A stretch of 64,000 nucleotides of DNA from an uncultured Candidatus Saccharibacteria bacterium (GCA_964446965.1 CAYUQD010000003.1:3989-67988), one strand, 5' to 3'; positions 7,936 to 18,202 are shown, counted from the stretch's first letter. Program-made: numbers and translations. Notes: a model not told the origin generated them from the letters alone.

Positions 7936-10290
7936 TTACTTGAGCTCATCAAGTCGATGCCCTATTCCGACCGACACTGCGAGCGGGACAGTGGGTATGG
8001 TGACCTGTATTGGACTGCGCGCAAAGGCGTTGACCATAGCCTCAGTGATGATTGTCTGTGCAGTATCTACAACAGCTTCTTCTACTTCGTACACGAGTTC
8101 ATCATGGATTTGAAGTGTGAGATGCACACGATCTACAAGTCCTTGTGTGCGCAGGTCAGTATCAATGAGCGCAATTGCGATCTTGACCAAGTCGGCATTT
8201 GTCCCTTGAATTGGAGCATTGACTGCAGTACGTTCTGCCATTGCGCGCAAGAATGGAGCCGCACTTGTGATACCGGGGAAGTATCTGCGTCGACCAAAGA
8301 CTGTCTCAGTATATCCGTTGGTTCGAGCAAACTCCTTGGTATCTTCGAGGTATGCTGCAATCGTTGGGAATGTTTTGAAATAGTCTTCGTAGTACTGTGC
8401 GGCTTCGGAGCGAGTTGAGCCCAGATTCTTTTGGAGCGCGGTGACCCCCATGCCATAGAGGATCCCAAAGTTGATGACCTTTGCCTTGCGTCGCATATCA
8501 CTCGTGACATCAGCGAGTGCAACCTTGAACATATCGGATGCAACACGTGTATGAATATCTACTCCCGACTCAAATGTCTCGATCAGTCGCTCGTCTCGCG
8601 AGAGCATGGCGAGTACACGCAACTCAATCTGTGAATAGTCGCATCCGATGAATACATGTCCCGGTCTCGCCACAAATCCGTGTCGGATCTCCTTGCCTCC
8701 CTCCCCTTTTGCAGGAATGTTTTGGAGGTTGGGATTGGTCGAAGAAAATCGCCCCGTAGTGGTGCCGTGTTGGAGGAATGTCGTATGTACACACGCGTCT
8801 GCATCAGCGTGCCCGAGGAGTGCGTCGACGTATGTCGTCAGGAGCTTCTGGACTTCTCGATACGTGAGTATCAACGGGATGATCGGGTGGTCATCGACGA
8901 GACTCTCGAGTGTCTCAGCGTTCGTCGTATATGCACCAGACGCCTTTTGCTTGCCCTTTGGTTTGAGTCCGAGGGTGACAAAGAGGAGTTCTGACATCTG
9001 CTTTGGGGAGTTGAGGTTAATAGATGTGCCGGTGAGATCTGTAATTTGTGTTTCGATACCAGCGAGTTGCTCCTTCATTCGCACTTGGAGCTTTTCAAAA
9101 TATGCGCGGTCAATGCGAATACCCCACTCTTGCATTTGGGCAATGATTGAGATGAGGGGTACTTCTATTTTTTCATACACATCGAGTACGCCTTTTTTCT
9201 TGAGCTCGATGAGTATGGCGTCGTATGCTTCTGCCAGCGTCTTCTTGCGAGTACGGTCGAGTATGGCGTCATAGTCCGGATTGGTGTTCTCAGAATACAG
9301 TACCCACAACGCAATAGATGCACGGCGCAGGAGATCGGGATCTATATCCTCGGTCGGGAGCGCTGGTGCAAAGTCAAAGAGTTTGCGAATGCGCGGCAAG
9401 AGACTGCGAAACTCATACTGAGTGAGTTTCTCGAGAATAGTATCTTGTACTACTGATGCTCGGTATGGCGTATCAGGAAGGCTCCAGACGATCGGTGCAT
9501 CACGACGGATAGTGGCCAGAGTTTTTGAGAATAATGCATCATCTTCGTGTTCGGTGAGGATACCGATGATGCGTGGGGTGAGACCGGCAACTTTGAGTTC
9601 GTCTGGCTTTTTTTTGAGGGCCTTGTAGAGGGCTTCGATAGAGCCGAATGTTTGGATGATCGTTGTTGCAGTCTTTTCTCCAATCCCAGGGACACCAATG
9701 ATGTTATCCGATGGATCTCCGCGAAGTCCCTTGTAGTCGACGAGCTGCTTGGGTTTAAATCCGTATCGCTCGACGACTCCTGCCTCGTCATAGATTACGG
9801 TATCTGTCACACCTTTTTTGAGAGTGAATACTCTCACCGACTTTCCTTTGACGAGTTGGAGTGTGTCCATATCTCCGGATGCAATCACGATCGAGAGGTC
9901 GGGTGTATGTTCAAACTGCTCGACCAGAGTACCAATGACATCATCCGCTTCAAATCCTTCAGCGTCGAGACATTCTATATTGAATGCCGCAAAGAGATCT
10001 CGTGAACTCTTGAGTTGTGCTATCAGATCATCATCTGCCTTCACTCTCCCTTTTTTGTATGCATCATATGCTGCATGACGAAATGTGGGTTTGGGCAAGT
10101 CATACGCTGCAACGATATAGTCCGGCTTGAGATCCTCGATGATACGGATGAGCATGGTCGCAATACCATAGAGTGCCCCGGTGGGCTCCCCGAGACTATT
10201 GGTGAAGTTTGGGAGCGCATGATACGCGCGATGAATAATCGCGTGCGCGTCAAGGATGACGAGAGTTTTTTGATCTTTTACCTTTGCCAT
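7936..10290 (-). CDS. polA: DNA polymerase I (5'-3' exonuclease plus polymerase; 3'-5' exo region largely missing)
   Basis: LDAHAIIHRAYHA, EADDVIG, GDPSDN; TGRFSSTNPNLQNIP, DYSQIELR, AKVINFGILYG, LQIHDELV. Confidence 0.97.
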   Translation of the reverse strand: MAKVKDQKTLVILDAHAIIHRAYHALPNFTNSLGEPTGALYGIATMLIRIIEDLKPDYIVAAYDLPKPTFRHAAYDAYKKGRVKADDDLIAQLKSSRDLFAAFNIECLDAEGFEADDVIGTLVEQFEHTPDLSIVIASGDMDTLQLVKGKSVRVFTLKKGVTDTVIYDEAGVVERYGFKPKQLVDYKGLRGDPSDNIIGVPGIGEKTATTIIQTFGSIEALYKALKKKPDELKVAGLTPRIIGILTEHEDDALFSKTLATIRRDAPIVWSLPDTPYRASVVQDTILEKLTQYEFRSLLPRIRKLFDFAPALPTEDIDPDLLRRASIALWVLYSENTNPDYDAILDRTRKKTLAEAYDAILIELKKKGVLDVYEKIEVPLISIIAQMQEWGIRIDRAYFEKLQVRMKEQLAGIETQITDLTGTSINLNSPKQMSELLFVTLGLKPKGKQKASGAYTTNAETLESLVDDHPIIPLILTYREVQKLLTTYVDALLGHADADACVHTTFLQHGTTTGRFSSTNPNLQNIPAKGEGGKEIRHGFVARPGHVFIGCDYSQIELRVLAMLSRDERLIETFESGVDIHTRVASDMFKVALADVTSDMRRKAKVINFGILYGMGVTALQKNLGSTRSEAAQYYEDYFKTFPTIAAYLEDTKEFARTNGYTETVFGRRRYFPGITSAAPFLRAMAERTAVNAPIQGTNADLVKIAIALIDTDLRTQGLVDRVHLTLQIHDELVYEVEEAVVDTAQTIITEAMVNAFARSPIQVTIPTVPLAVSVGIGHRLDELK

Positions 10291-10398
10291 ATGCCATTAC
10301 TGTACTACCCCTTGGGGAGTTTTGCTACTACCGTTGATTGACAAAATTAATTTAGAATTGTAATGTCAAGAAAAATCTCTAACAATTAAAACATACTT

Positions 10399-10797
10399 AT
10401 GAGCAGTACAAACACATCCATCCCTGAAAATGGACTAACTATTACTTCAGAAATTCCAGATGTAGAAGAAGGGTATTACGACCTACTATTTAAAGAGCTT
10501 GATATGCTCAACAACAAAAATGTTCTCCGAAACACGGAGCATGATAAGGGTCGATACGTAATTGCAAATTATATTTACCTAACCTATGAGCATCTGCAAT
10601 TAAATACAGTCAGAGAAATTGACTACGACCAGGTCAGAGATTGGGGACACAAAAATCGTATACTTGCCGAACTTTTATTGTGCAAAGAATATTTATTTAA
10701 GAAAAAAAAATTCCCCCTAGAAGCGTTTCTACACTGGATATATCGTTTTGGTAACCCTGCCGATGTTGGCATGATCAGATACAGTATGTATCAATAA
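10399..10797 (+). CDS. Hypothetical orphan protein
   Basis: AT-rich ORF; TTGACA-N17-TAATGT at 10338-10366 and downstream hairpin. Confidence 0.6.
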   Translation: MSSTNTSIPENGLTITSEIPDVEEGYYDLLFKELDMLNNKNVLRNTEHDKGRYVIANYIYLTYEHLQLNTVREIDYDQVRDWGHKNRILAELLLCKEYLFKKKKFPLEAFLHWIYRFGNPADVGMIRYSMYQ

Positions 10798-10832
10798 TAA
10801 AAAGAATTGAAAGACCTATCTCTGATAGGTCT

Positions 10833-11261
10833 TTATTGTTTCTTCATAATCCGTCGTTGATCTTCTATGTGTTCAATCTCATACCGCACTGTTCCTTCTG
10901 GAAGAATACTCTCTATCCTCTCAGGCCATTCAACGACAACTAATATATTCGGACTTTCTATCATTTTCTGCCATCCAAGTATTTCCAACTCCTTCGGGTC
11001 TTCTATTCTATAGGCATCGATGTGTATTAATTTATCCCATCGTTCATCAGTGGTTTCATAAAACTTCGCGATCACGAATGTCGGACTGACTACTGGTGTC
11101 GCGACGCCGAGCGATCGAGCAAGTGCTTGTACGAGGGTCGTCTTGCCGGCACCGAGGTCACCACGTAGTCCGACGACAGTAGCAGTCGCTCCTGGTACAA
11201 GAGACGCTATGAGCGCGTCTGCAGTCTCCCCAACCTGATCCTGTGTATAGCGAGTATCCAT
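10833..11261 (-). CDS. tsaE: tRNA t6A biosynthesis ATPase TsaE
   Basis: LRGDLGAGKTT, VVSPTF, HIDAYR, VEWPE. Confidence 0.95.
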   Translation of the reverse strand: MDTRYTQDQVGETADALIASLVPGATATVVGLRGDLGAGKTTLVQALARSLGVATPVVSPTFVIAKFYETTDERWDKLIHIDAYRIEDPKELEILGWQKMIESPNILVVVEWPERIESILPEGTVRYEIEHIEDQRRIMKKQ

Positions 11262-11283
11262 ACCTAGGATAGTAGCACAATAC

Positions 11284-11310
11284 AAAACCCCCGCGTGAAG
11301 CGGGGGTTTT
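11284..11310. terminator. Intrinsic terminator
   Basis: AAAACCCCCGC-GTGAA-GCGGGGGTTTT. Confidence 0.8.
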
Positions 11311-11330
11311 GATCCTTGTGGTGGAGTTAT

Positions 11331-13367
11331 TTAAGCGTTGTTCTTTCTGTAGATATTACGAGAGAGAACAATGAGGGCGAGAATCACGAGGATGAGGAGC
11401 AACCATCCGATGAGTGTATTTGGGAGGAATGATCCAAATCCGAACACACTAGCACCGAGGAGGTTAGGACAATCGTTAGACACAGTGATCAATGAGTATG
11501 CGATTGCATCTTCTTGAGCACGAGTCTTTGCGTTGGTATATACCACAGTTGCAGTTGCAACAGTGAGGTTACCAGTGATTGCGGTTTCATTTACGCGTGC
11601 ATGCACGGTGATGATCCCCTGCTCACCTGGACGAATGTCTCCGAGAGCAATCGTCATCGTACGGTCAACTACTTCATAGGTGCCTCGTGAGGCATTGAGG
11701 TAACTGAGCTCCTTTGGATGACTGAACTGGAGAACTGCTTTTTCAAGTACTTGGTTAGATACGTTTTGGTACGAGATCGTATAATCGACTGTACCATTCA
11801 CACACATTCGATCGTAGTTACTTTCGACAGTGAGTTTGAGTAATGACGGCGCGCTCTGGGCTACCACTACATTGTTGTGCACAACCGGAGTTGGCGTAAC
11901 AATAACTGGCGATGAAGTTTTAGTTGTCTGGAATCGAACAGTGTCACCATAGGCGATGCCATTTGAATTCTGGACAACAGCACGATAGAAGTATGCGGCA
12001 CCAGGTACGAGACCTGAGACGAGATCACTGTAGTACTGGGAACTATTGCCACCCTGTACTGTCTGTGAACTTGTGCGGTTGCCGAAGCTTCCTGAAAGTC
12101 CCCATTCGAACCACGCAGTAGTGTTACTGGTAGTTGTGTTAGGAACTGCGATACCGTTGAGGCGAGCCTGTGTGCCACCGAATACGGTTGCAACAGTAGT
12201 GATCGCCTGTGGAGCGGTATCAGTGTTGACTGAGCGAACGGTTACAGTTGCGGTGTCAGTCTCAGAGTCACCATTGTTACAGTATGCGCGGAGTGTATAA
12301 CTCGTTGTACTGTATGGACTGACTGATACAGAGCCGTCTTCGCTGCGGTTTCCTGAGAGACCACTGATCGTGACGTAGTCGACGTCTCCACTGGTTGTCC
12401 AACGAAGGGTAGAACTACTGCCTCGATCGATCAATGTAGGGCTTGGGTAAAAGTCATCAACACTACATGCTTGATCATTAGTGTCAGTTACTCTGATAGT
12501 GAGTGAACGCGTGTCGCCGAGATTACCATCGAAGTCATACGCCTTGAGAGTATATGTCTGCGTGTTATCTGGACTTACATTGCGAGATCCATCAGCATTT
12601 TGCTGACCAGAGATATCAGTGATCGTGACATAGTCACAGTCAGTAGTATTCCACACGATCTCAGTGCTGTCTCCTTCATCGATAGATGAGTCGTCAGCAT
12701 CGAAGTCGTTGATCTGACATTCGTCAGTATTGCCAGTACCAATGCCATCAACATACACAGTTACATATCGCTGACCACCAATGTTATCATTAGCATCATA
12801 GACGGTAAGTGAAAACTGGGTTGTTGCATAGATTGCACCAGTGTAGATGCTCCCGTATGGAGGGCGATCTCCGGGATATGCCGCAGGGTGGATTGCTGCA
12901 CTGTCACAGTTTTCACTGTCCCAGTGGAGGGTAGTCCCTTCTCCGTACTGTACAACTGCAAGTGCCGCTACAAAGTCAGTAGGTACACATCGAGCAGTTG
13001 GTGTCGTCGGAGTACTTGGTCCGTTGGGGCCAGTGGTACTACCAGTGACGGTAATAGTAATAGACTTTGAGTTGATGCTTGTCGCACCAAAAGAGTCACG
13101 TCCTACGACAGTAAATGTAGTCGTAGCCGTGAGCGGGCCAGTCGGTACACTCCCTGATGGAGGACGGTTGTCCGGGTTTTGCGCCGGAGTGATCGACACC
13201 GTAGCACAGCCACTTGTAGACCAGTTGAGGGTTGTCCCTGTACCAGTCGACACAAATGTCTGATTTGCGGTGAGCGTGTTCACCGTACACATACTCGCCT
13301 GTGCTGAGTCAGCAGAGACAGATATCATGAGTGCGAACACTGCGATTGAAATAATAAATTTTTTCAT
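11331..13367 (-). CDS. Surface protein: signal peptide, 4 Ig-like repeats, Fn3-like, DUF11-like domain, C-terminal TM anchor
   Basis: Repeats C.(I/V)..F.A...G..T.L.W....C..V.I...GS...TT.YTL; TTAWFEWG...LVPGAAYFYRAV; VDYTISYQNV...LGDIRPGEQG. Confidence 0.8.
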   Translation of the reverse strand: MKKFIISIAVFALMISVSADSAQASMCTVNTLTANQTFVSTGTGTTLNWSTSGCATVSITPAQNPDNRPPSGSVPTGPLTATTTFTVVGRDSFGATSINSKSITITVTGSTTGPNGPSTPTTPTARCVPTDFVAALAVVQYGEGTTLHWDSENCDSAAIHPAAYPGDRPPYGSIYTGAIYATTQFSLTVYDANDNIGGQRYVTVYVDGIGTGNTDECQINDFDADDSSIDEGDSTEIVWNTTDCDYVTITDISGQQNADGSRNVSPDNTQTYTLKAYDFDGNLGDTRSLTIRVTDTNDQACSVDDFYPSPTLIDRGSSSTLRWTTSGDVDYVTISGLSGNRSEDGSVSVSPYSTTSYTLRAYCNNGDSETDTATVTVRSVNTDTAPQAITTVATVFGGTQARLNGIAVPNTTTSNTTAWFEWGLSGSFGNRTSSQTVQGGNSSQYYSDLVSGLVPGAAYFYRAVVQNSNGIAYGDTVRFQTTKTSSPVIVTPTPVVHNNVVVAQSAPSLLKLTVESNYDRMCVNGTVDYTISYQNVSNQVLEKAVLQFSHPKELSYLNASRGTYEVVDRTMTIALGDIRPGEQGIITVHARVNETAITGNLTVATATVVYTNAKTRAQEDAIAYSLITVSNDCPNLLGASVFGFGSFLPNTLIGWLLLILVILALIVLSRNIYRKNNA

Positions 13368-13531
13368 AATTATGATAGTGAGATAATAAAGTTCGACGTT
13401 TTACTCTTTAGCACTCCAAAGTTCTCGCCCTGAAGTACTAAAGAATAAAAGAGATGGATGAATTCACACCCATCTCTTATTTTAAAACAAAAGCTCGCAT
13501 AATCCTTACAACACACACCTTCGTCTGTTGA

Positions 13532-14611
13532 TTAATACCCAATGAGAGATCCGTACTCACGATTGGTAACAGGAATTAAAGTCCTATTACCATTGAGACT
13601 TCCTCCAGGTAAACCTACAGGATTGAGGGTCGTATTATTATTATGACCCGTTCCTGTAGTACCTGTCGTCCATGGTTGATTGGGATTGAGAGGTCCAGTT
13701 TCATAGACGATGCCGGTATTGTTGTTGTTGGGGAACCGTATTGGGGGATTATATCCACCAATAACCTGTTGCTGTTGCTGGATATTGCCCTTGTCTCTCG
13801 TTAAGAGATAGAGTATGCCAGCTCCTGCTACAACTCCGAGTCCTGCTGCTAACCCTGGAGAAATTCCACGCTTTTTCTCAGGTACTGGTGGTGGAGGTAT
13901 GTACCCTCCCATGTTGGATGCACCGAGTGGTGCACTGTTTGTGGCGGTGGCATTGTTAGTACTACCGTTGTACACATACACATTGACAGCACCATTAGTT
14001 GCTGGTGTCCCCGTAGCCGGATTGGGTGGCGGGGGTGGTGGTGGAGCATTTGGGATGTACTGACCTCGGGTCAGATTGCCGCAATATGTTGAGATAATAG
14101 GTATGTCGCCATACATTCCCAACATTTCTCCAACACGTGGCCATGGTTCCATTTGACCAGTCTCAGAATTTGCATACGGAATCGATTTGAATTCCGTCCG
14201 TTCAAAGCCTGGCGTCAACATACCCATTTCGAGCCTCCCAGTAAACTGGTTGGCTGGTACCCATTGCAAGCCATTGATGACACTTGCTGGATTTCCTGGG
14301 TAATTACCTCCTAGTACTGTCGCACAATGTGCAGGAAATCGCTCATTGAAGCGCGGGTCCTGAAAATACGTGTGATCACCTTGTAGTACAGCATTGCGTA
14401 ATACTGTAACAAAGTCCGCGAGGTTTTCACCAGTGAAAACACCGCGATACTGTGGATGAAGGAATCCGTGAAATGGTTTCGGGTTTAGCGTTGGGTAGAT
14501 TGCACCGGAATTGTCTCCAAATGCATTCCCTTCGGCATTGCTTGCTTTTGTATGTAGCGTGCCTGATAGTAGTATCACCAGGGAAATCGCTAATTTGGAA
14601 AGTACACTCAT
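13532..14611 (-). CDS. Hypothetical exported protein with poly-Pro linker and TM
   Basis: Signal peptide, PPPPPPP, TM, Asn/Gly/Thr-rich tail; TTGACA-N17-TATGAT at 14659-14687. Confidence 0.7.
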   Translation of the reverse strand: MSVLSKLAISLVILLSGTLHTKASNAEGNAFGDNSGAIYPTLNPKPFHGFLHPQYRGVFTGENLADFVTVLRNAVLQGDHTYFQDPRFNERFPAHCATVLGGNYPGNPASVINGLQWVPANQFTGRLEMGMLTPGFERTEFKSIPYANSETGQMEPWPRVGEMLGMYGDIPIISTYCGNLTRGQYIPNAPPPPPPPNPATGTPATNGAVNVYVYNGSTNNATATNSAPLGASNMGGYIPPPPVPEKKRGISPGLAAGLGVVAGAGILYLLTRDKGNIQQQQQVIGGYNPPIRFPNNNNTGIVYETGPLNPNQPWTTGTTGTGHNNNTTLNPVGLPGGSLNGNRTLIPVTNREYGSLIGY

Positions 14612-14773
14612 TTTTATCTATTTTTAGAGGTGAAATTGAAATGATTAGATTTGCATATATCATAGCATATTTCACTACCCTTGTCAACTACCTTCCCCTA
14701 CCCCTCTTTTAGTGGTCAAACGGGCTATATTTGAGAGGGGTTTTGCGCCTATGTAGGGTATACTTGGAGTACT

Positions 14774-16486
14774 ATGGTAGTCTTTGACGAAGAACAGCAA
14801 CAAAAGCGATACAACGAGCTTCGCACCCAAGAAGAAGAAAGTCTCGTCGCTACCCTCGCACAGACTCGGTACAATATCGACTCAGTCGATCTCTCGGGAC
14901 AACCCATCGACAACGACGCAATCCGCCTCCTCGAAGAAAAGGAAGCTCGTGCACTCGACGTCGGTCCCTACAAACTCATCGGCAAAAAACTCATGCTCGC
15001 CGTACGCTCTCCGCGCGCCGGAGGCGCCCAAAAGGCAAAAGAAATCCTCGAAGCAAAAGGATTTGAGGTGACATTTGTCATGGCAAGTGAGCGCAGTATC
15101 CAAAAGGTATGGAGTCGCTACGAAGACCTCTCGTTTGCAACCCGCTCGCGCGCCGGAGGACTCGACGTCTCGCCCGATGTCTTGGTCGAACTCTCTCAAA
15201 AGATCAAGACGACCGAGGACGCAGTCACCGAGATCGAGACTGCGCTCGCGGACGACTCGGGTACCCACCACCTCTCGCGAATACTTGAGATCATCCTTGG
15301 GGCAGGTATCGGTCTCGGCGCGTCTGATGTACACATCGAACCAATGGAAGACAAAGTTGAGCTACGGTTCCGTCTCGACGGTGTGCTCCGTGTGATCACC
15401 TATTTCAAACACACCACATACAAACAGATCAACACTCGTATCAAACTCCTCTCAGGTCTCAAACTCACCATCTCGAGCACGCCGCAAGACGGACGATTTA
15501 GCGCCTTCCTCGGCACTGGCCCTGATCAGATCGAGATATCATTTCGTACATCACTCATTCCAGGAGCATATGGCGAGAGTATCGTGCTCCGTATCCTCAA
15601 TCCAAAAAGTATCCGTGTCGGACTCGAAGACCTCGGTATATCAGCCCCGATGTTCGACATCTTTATGCGAGAGATCAAGAAGCCTAATGGCATGATATTG
15701 CTCACTGGACCGACAGGAAGTGGTAAGACAACGACACTCTATGCGTTCTTGCAAAAGATCTACAGCCCCGAAGTCAAAATCATCACCATCGAAGACCCAA
15801 TCGAGTATCACCTACCCGGTATTACACAGACACAAACTGATCACAAAAAAGGGTACACCTTCCTCGAAGGTTTGCGATCAGCACTGCGTCAGGACCCCGA
15901 CGTCATCATGGTGGGAGAAATCCGCGACCCCGAGACTGCAAAGATTGCCGTAGAGAGTGCGCTCACCGGTCACTTGGTCTTCTCTACCCTCCACACCAAT
16001 AATGCAAGTGGTGTGATCCCTCGCCTCATCGATCTCGAGGTCAACCCCAAGATCTTGGTATCCGCACTCTCGCTCTCGATCGCGCAACGACTCGTGCGCA
16101 CACTCTGTACACAGTGCCGTGCTGAACGCCCTGTCACCCCCGAAGAAAAATCCCTGATCGAAACAATCTGGGATACCGCAGTCGCAAATGGCAAAAATAT
16201 AGAACAGTATGGCGTGCAGCGCACTATCACCACACTCTGGAGTGCAGTCGGTTGCGAACACTGCAATGGTACTGGTTACAAAGGACGACTCGGACTCTTT
16301 GAGGTAATTCAAAATAGCGAAAGTATTGAACAGATAATCGTCAGCTCCCCAAGCGAGCGCGAGATCAAAAAAATCGCAGATACCCAAGGCACCCTCGACA
16401 TGCGCGAAGATGGCCTGGTAAAAATCCTGCAAGGAAAGACTGATTTTGAAGAAGTAAAAAGTGTCGTGGATCTATATGAAAAGTAA
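14774..16486 (+). CDS. pilB: Type IV pilus assembly ATPase (PilB/GspE family)
   Basis: ASDVHIEP, PQDGRF, TGPTGSGKTT, TIEDPIEY, LRQDPDVIMVGEIRD, TLHTN, CxxC pairs. Confidence 0.92.
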   Translation: MVVFDEEQQQKRYNELRTQEEESLVATLAQTRYNIDSVDLSGQPIDNDAIRLLEEKEARALDVGPYKLIGKKLMLAVRSPRAGGAQKAKEILEAKGFEVTFVMASERSIQKVWSRYEDLSFATRSRAGGLDVSPDVLVELSQKIKTTEDAVTEIETALADDSGTHHLSRILEIILGAGIGLGASDVHIEPMEDKVELRFRLDGVLRVITYFKHTTYKQINTRIKLLSGLKLTISSTPQDGRFSAFLGTGPDQIEISFRTSLIPGAYGESIVLRILNPKSIRVGLEDLGISAPMFDIFMREIKKPNGMILLTGPTGSGKTTTLYAFLQKIYSPEVKIITIEDPIEYHLPGITQTQTDHKKGYTFLEGLRSALRQDPDVIMVGEIRDPETAKIAVESALTGHLVFSTLHTNNASGVIPRLIDLEVNPKILVSALSLSIAQRLVRTLCTQCRAERPVTPEEKSLIETIWDTAVANGKNIEQYGVQRTITTLWSAVGCEHCNGTGYKGRLGLFEVIQNSESIEQIIVSSPSEREIKKIADTQGTLDMREDGLVKILQGKTDFEEVKSVVDLYEK

Positions 16487-16512
16487 AAACACCCTAGCGC
16501 TAGGGTGTTTTT
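16485..16512. terminator. Palindromic terminator
   Basis: AAAAACACCCTAGCGCTAGGGTGTTTTT, perfect 28-bp palindrome. Confidence 0.8.
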
Positions 16513-16534
16513 ACTTGAGTTTGAATTTTTATTC

Positions 16535-16680
16535 AAAAAAGCACTAATCTCTAAACAGTCCTTATGGATATAAAAAACATAAGTAAGACAACTTTGTAGG
16601 ATAGCCCCAGTCGAGACCAGAACGTCCTGCGCCGAAATCTAGAACCGTAGCTGACTGCTTAGAGATTAGTGACTTCTTGA
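16535..16680 (-). ncRNA. Candidate structured ncRNA (6S-like architecture)
   Basis: 19-bp closing arms 16542-16560 and 16653-16671, internal bubble, apical stem, U tract on - strand. Confidence 0.45.
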
Positions 16681-16731
16681 TATACAATAGATTTGTGAAG
16701 CTCTAGAAAGAGTATAGCATATATAAATATT

Positions 16732-17724
16732 ATGTCAAGTATTCCCCCTATCCCTCCATCCAAAGTCCCCGACGAACAGTTCTCGGACACTGTATTGCGC
16801 CCAGGCACCTTTGATGACTACATCGGGCAATCTCAGATCAAAAAAAATCTCTCTATCCTCATCGGTGCCGCAAAAGCGCGCGGTCATAGCCCTGAACACA
16901 TCCTCTTTTATGGCCCACCAGGACTTGGCAAGACAACTCTTGCCCACGTCATCGCTCGCGAAGTTGGTGCAAACATCCGTGTGACGTCCGGTCCCGCTAT
17001 CGAGAAGGTCGGCGACCTCGCAGCGATCCTCACCAACCTCAAGCCTGGCGATATGCTCTTCATCGATGAGATTCATCGACTCAACAAAACGATCGAGGAA
17101 GTCCTCTACCCCGTCATGGAAACTGGCAAAATGGATATCATGATCGGCAAGGGGCCAAGTGCGCGCACCGTACAACTCGACCTCCCTCCATTCACACTTG
17201 TGGGAGCTACTACTCGATTTGGGATGCTCTCTGCTCCGCTGCGCACACGTTTCAGTGGTGGCGCATTTCGTCTCGAGTTCTATACTCCTGCTGAGATCTC
17301 TACTATCCTCGCGCGTTCTGCGAGTATCCTCGACATCGCACTTCCACAGAGCGAGCTCGACGCGATTGCGAGCCGGTCTCGTCAGACTCCGCGCATCGCC
17401 AACTACTTGTTGCGACGTGTACGCGACTATGCACAGATGAACAAGCGCTCTATCGACACAAGTGCGGTGCGCGAAGCATTCGCCCTCCTCGGACTCGATG
17501 ACAATGGTCTATCTATGAGCGACATCGATATACTACGCACTCTCAAGGACAAGTTTGGTGGAGGACCGACTGGGGTCAAGAATCTCGCTGCAGCAACCGG
17601 TGAGGATGAAGGCACTATCGAAGACGTCGTCGAACCATACCTCATCCAACTCGGCCTCCTCGAACGAACGCCACGCGGTCGAGTACTCACAGAGAAAGGG
17701 AGAGAGTATCTTGAAAATGCATAA
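16732..17724 (+). CDS. ruvB: Holliday junction helicase RuvB
   Basis: LRPGTFDDYIGQ, GPPGLGKTT, FIDEIHRL, EPYLIQLGLLERTPRGR. Confidence 0.97.
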   Translation: MSSIPPIPPSKVPDEQFSDTVLRPGTFDDYIGQSQIKKNLSILIGAAKARGHSPEHILFYGPPGLGKTTLAHVIAREVGANIRVTSGPAIEKVGDLAAILTNLKPGDMLFIDEIHRLNKTIEEVLYPVMETGKMDIMIGKGPSARTVQLDLPPFTLVGATTRFGMLSAPLRTRFSGGAFRLEFYTPAEISTILARSASILDIALPQSELDAIASRSRQTPRIANYLLRRVRDYAQMNKRSIDTSAVREAFALLGLDDNGLSMSDIDILRTLKDKFGGGPTGVKNLAAATGEDEGTIEDVVEPYLIQLGLLERTPRGRVLTEKGREYLENA

Positions 17725-18202
17725 CATTATTATTGCCATTGATCCTGGGTACGACCGCTGTGGCGTCGCGATCATTAGTGATGGAGCTCTTGCCCACTCG
17801 ACCTGCATCATCACCAACAAAAAGGATTCCCATGAGAAACGTCTGACACAGATCTATGAAACGATCACAACGTTGATCCAAGAGTGGCACCCAACACACC
17901 TCGCCGTCGAGACACTCTTCTTTTCGACCAATAAAAAGACCGCGATCAAAGTAGCAGAGGCTCGGGGTGTCATCATTCTCCTCGCCGGTATACACAACAT
18001 CGAACTCCTCGAACTCTCCCCCCAAGATGTGAAACTCGCCATGGCTGGAGTCGGCAACGCAGACAAAAAGCAGGTCCAAAAGATGGTTGCAATGACGCTC
18101 AAGATCGATATATCGGACAAACTCGATGACGAAATCGATGCAATCGCACTCGGATATGCAGCGCTCGGTCTCATACGAGTCAACCAAATGGGAAAAAGAT
18201 AA
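17717..18202 (+). CDS. ruvC: Crossover junction endodeoxyribonuclease RuvC
   Basis: IAIDPGYDRCG, AVETLFF, EARGV, ADKKQVQKMV, DDEIDAIA. Confidence 0.95.
   Translation: MHNIIIAIDPGYDRCGVAIISDGALAHSTCIITNKKDSHEKRLTQIYETITTLIQEWHPTHLAVETLFFSTNKKTAIKVAEARGVIILLAGIHNIELLELSPQDVKLAMAGVGNADKKQVQKMVAMTLKIDISDKLDDEIDAIALGYAALGLIRVNQMGKR

Noticed and set aside
7921-10341. Many long + strand ORFs inside polA (similar cases in pcrA, comM, virB4)
   Set aside because: Antisense shadows produced by biased codon usage; no motifs
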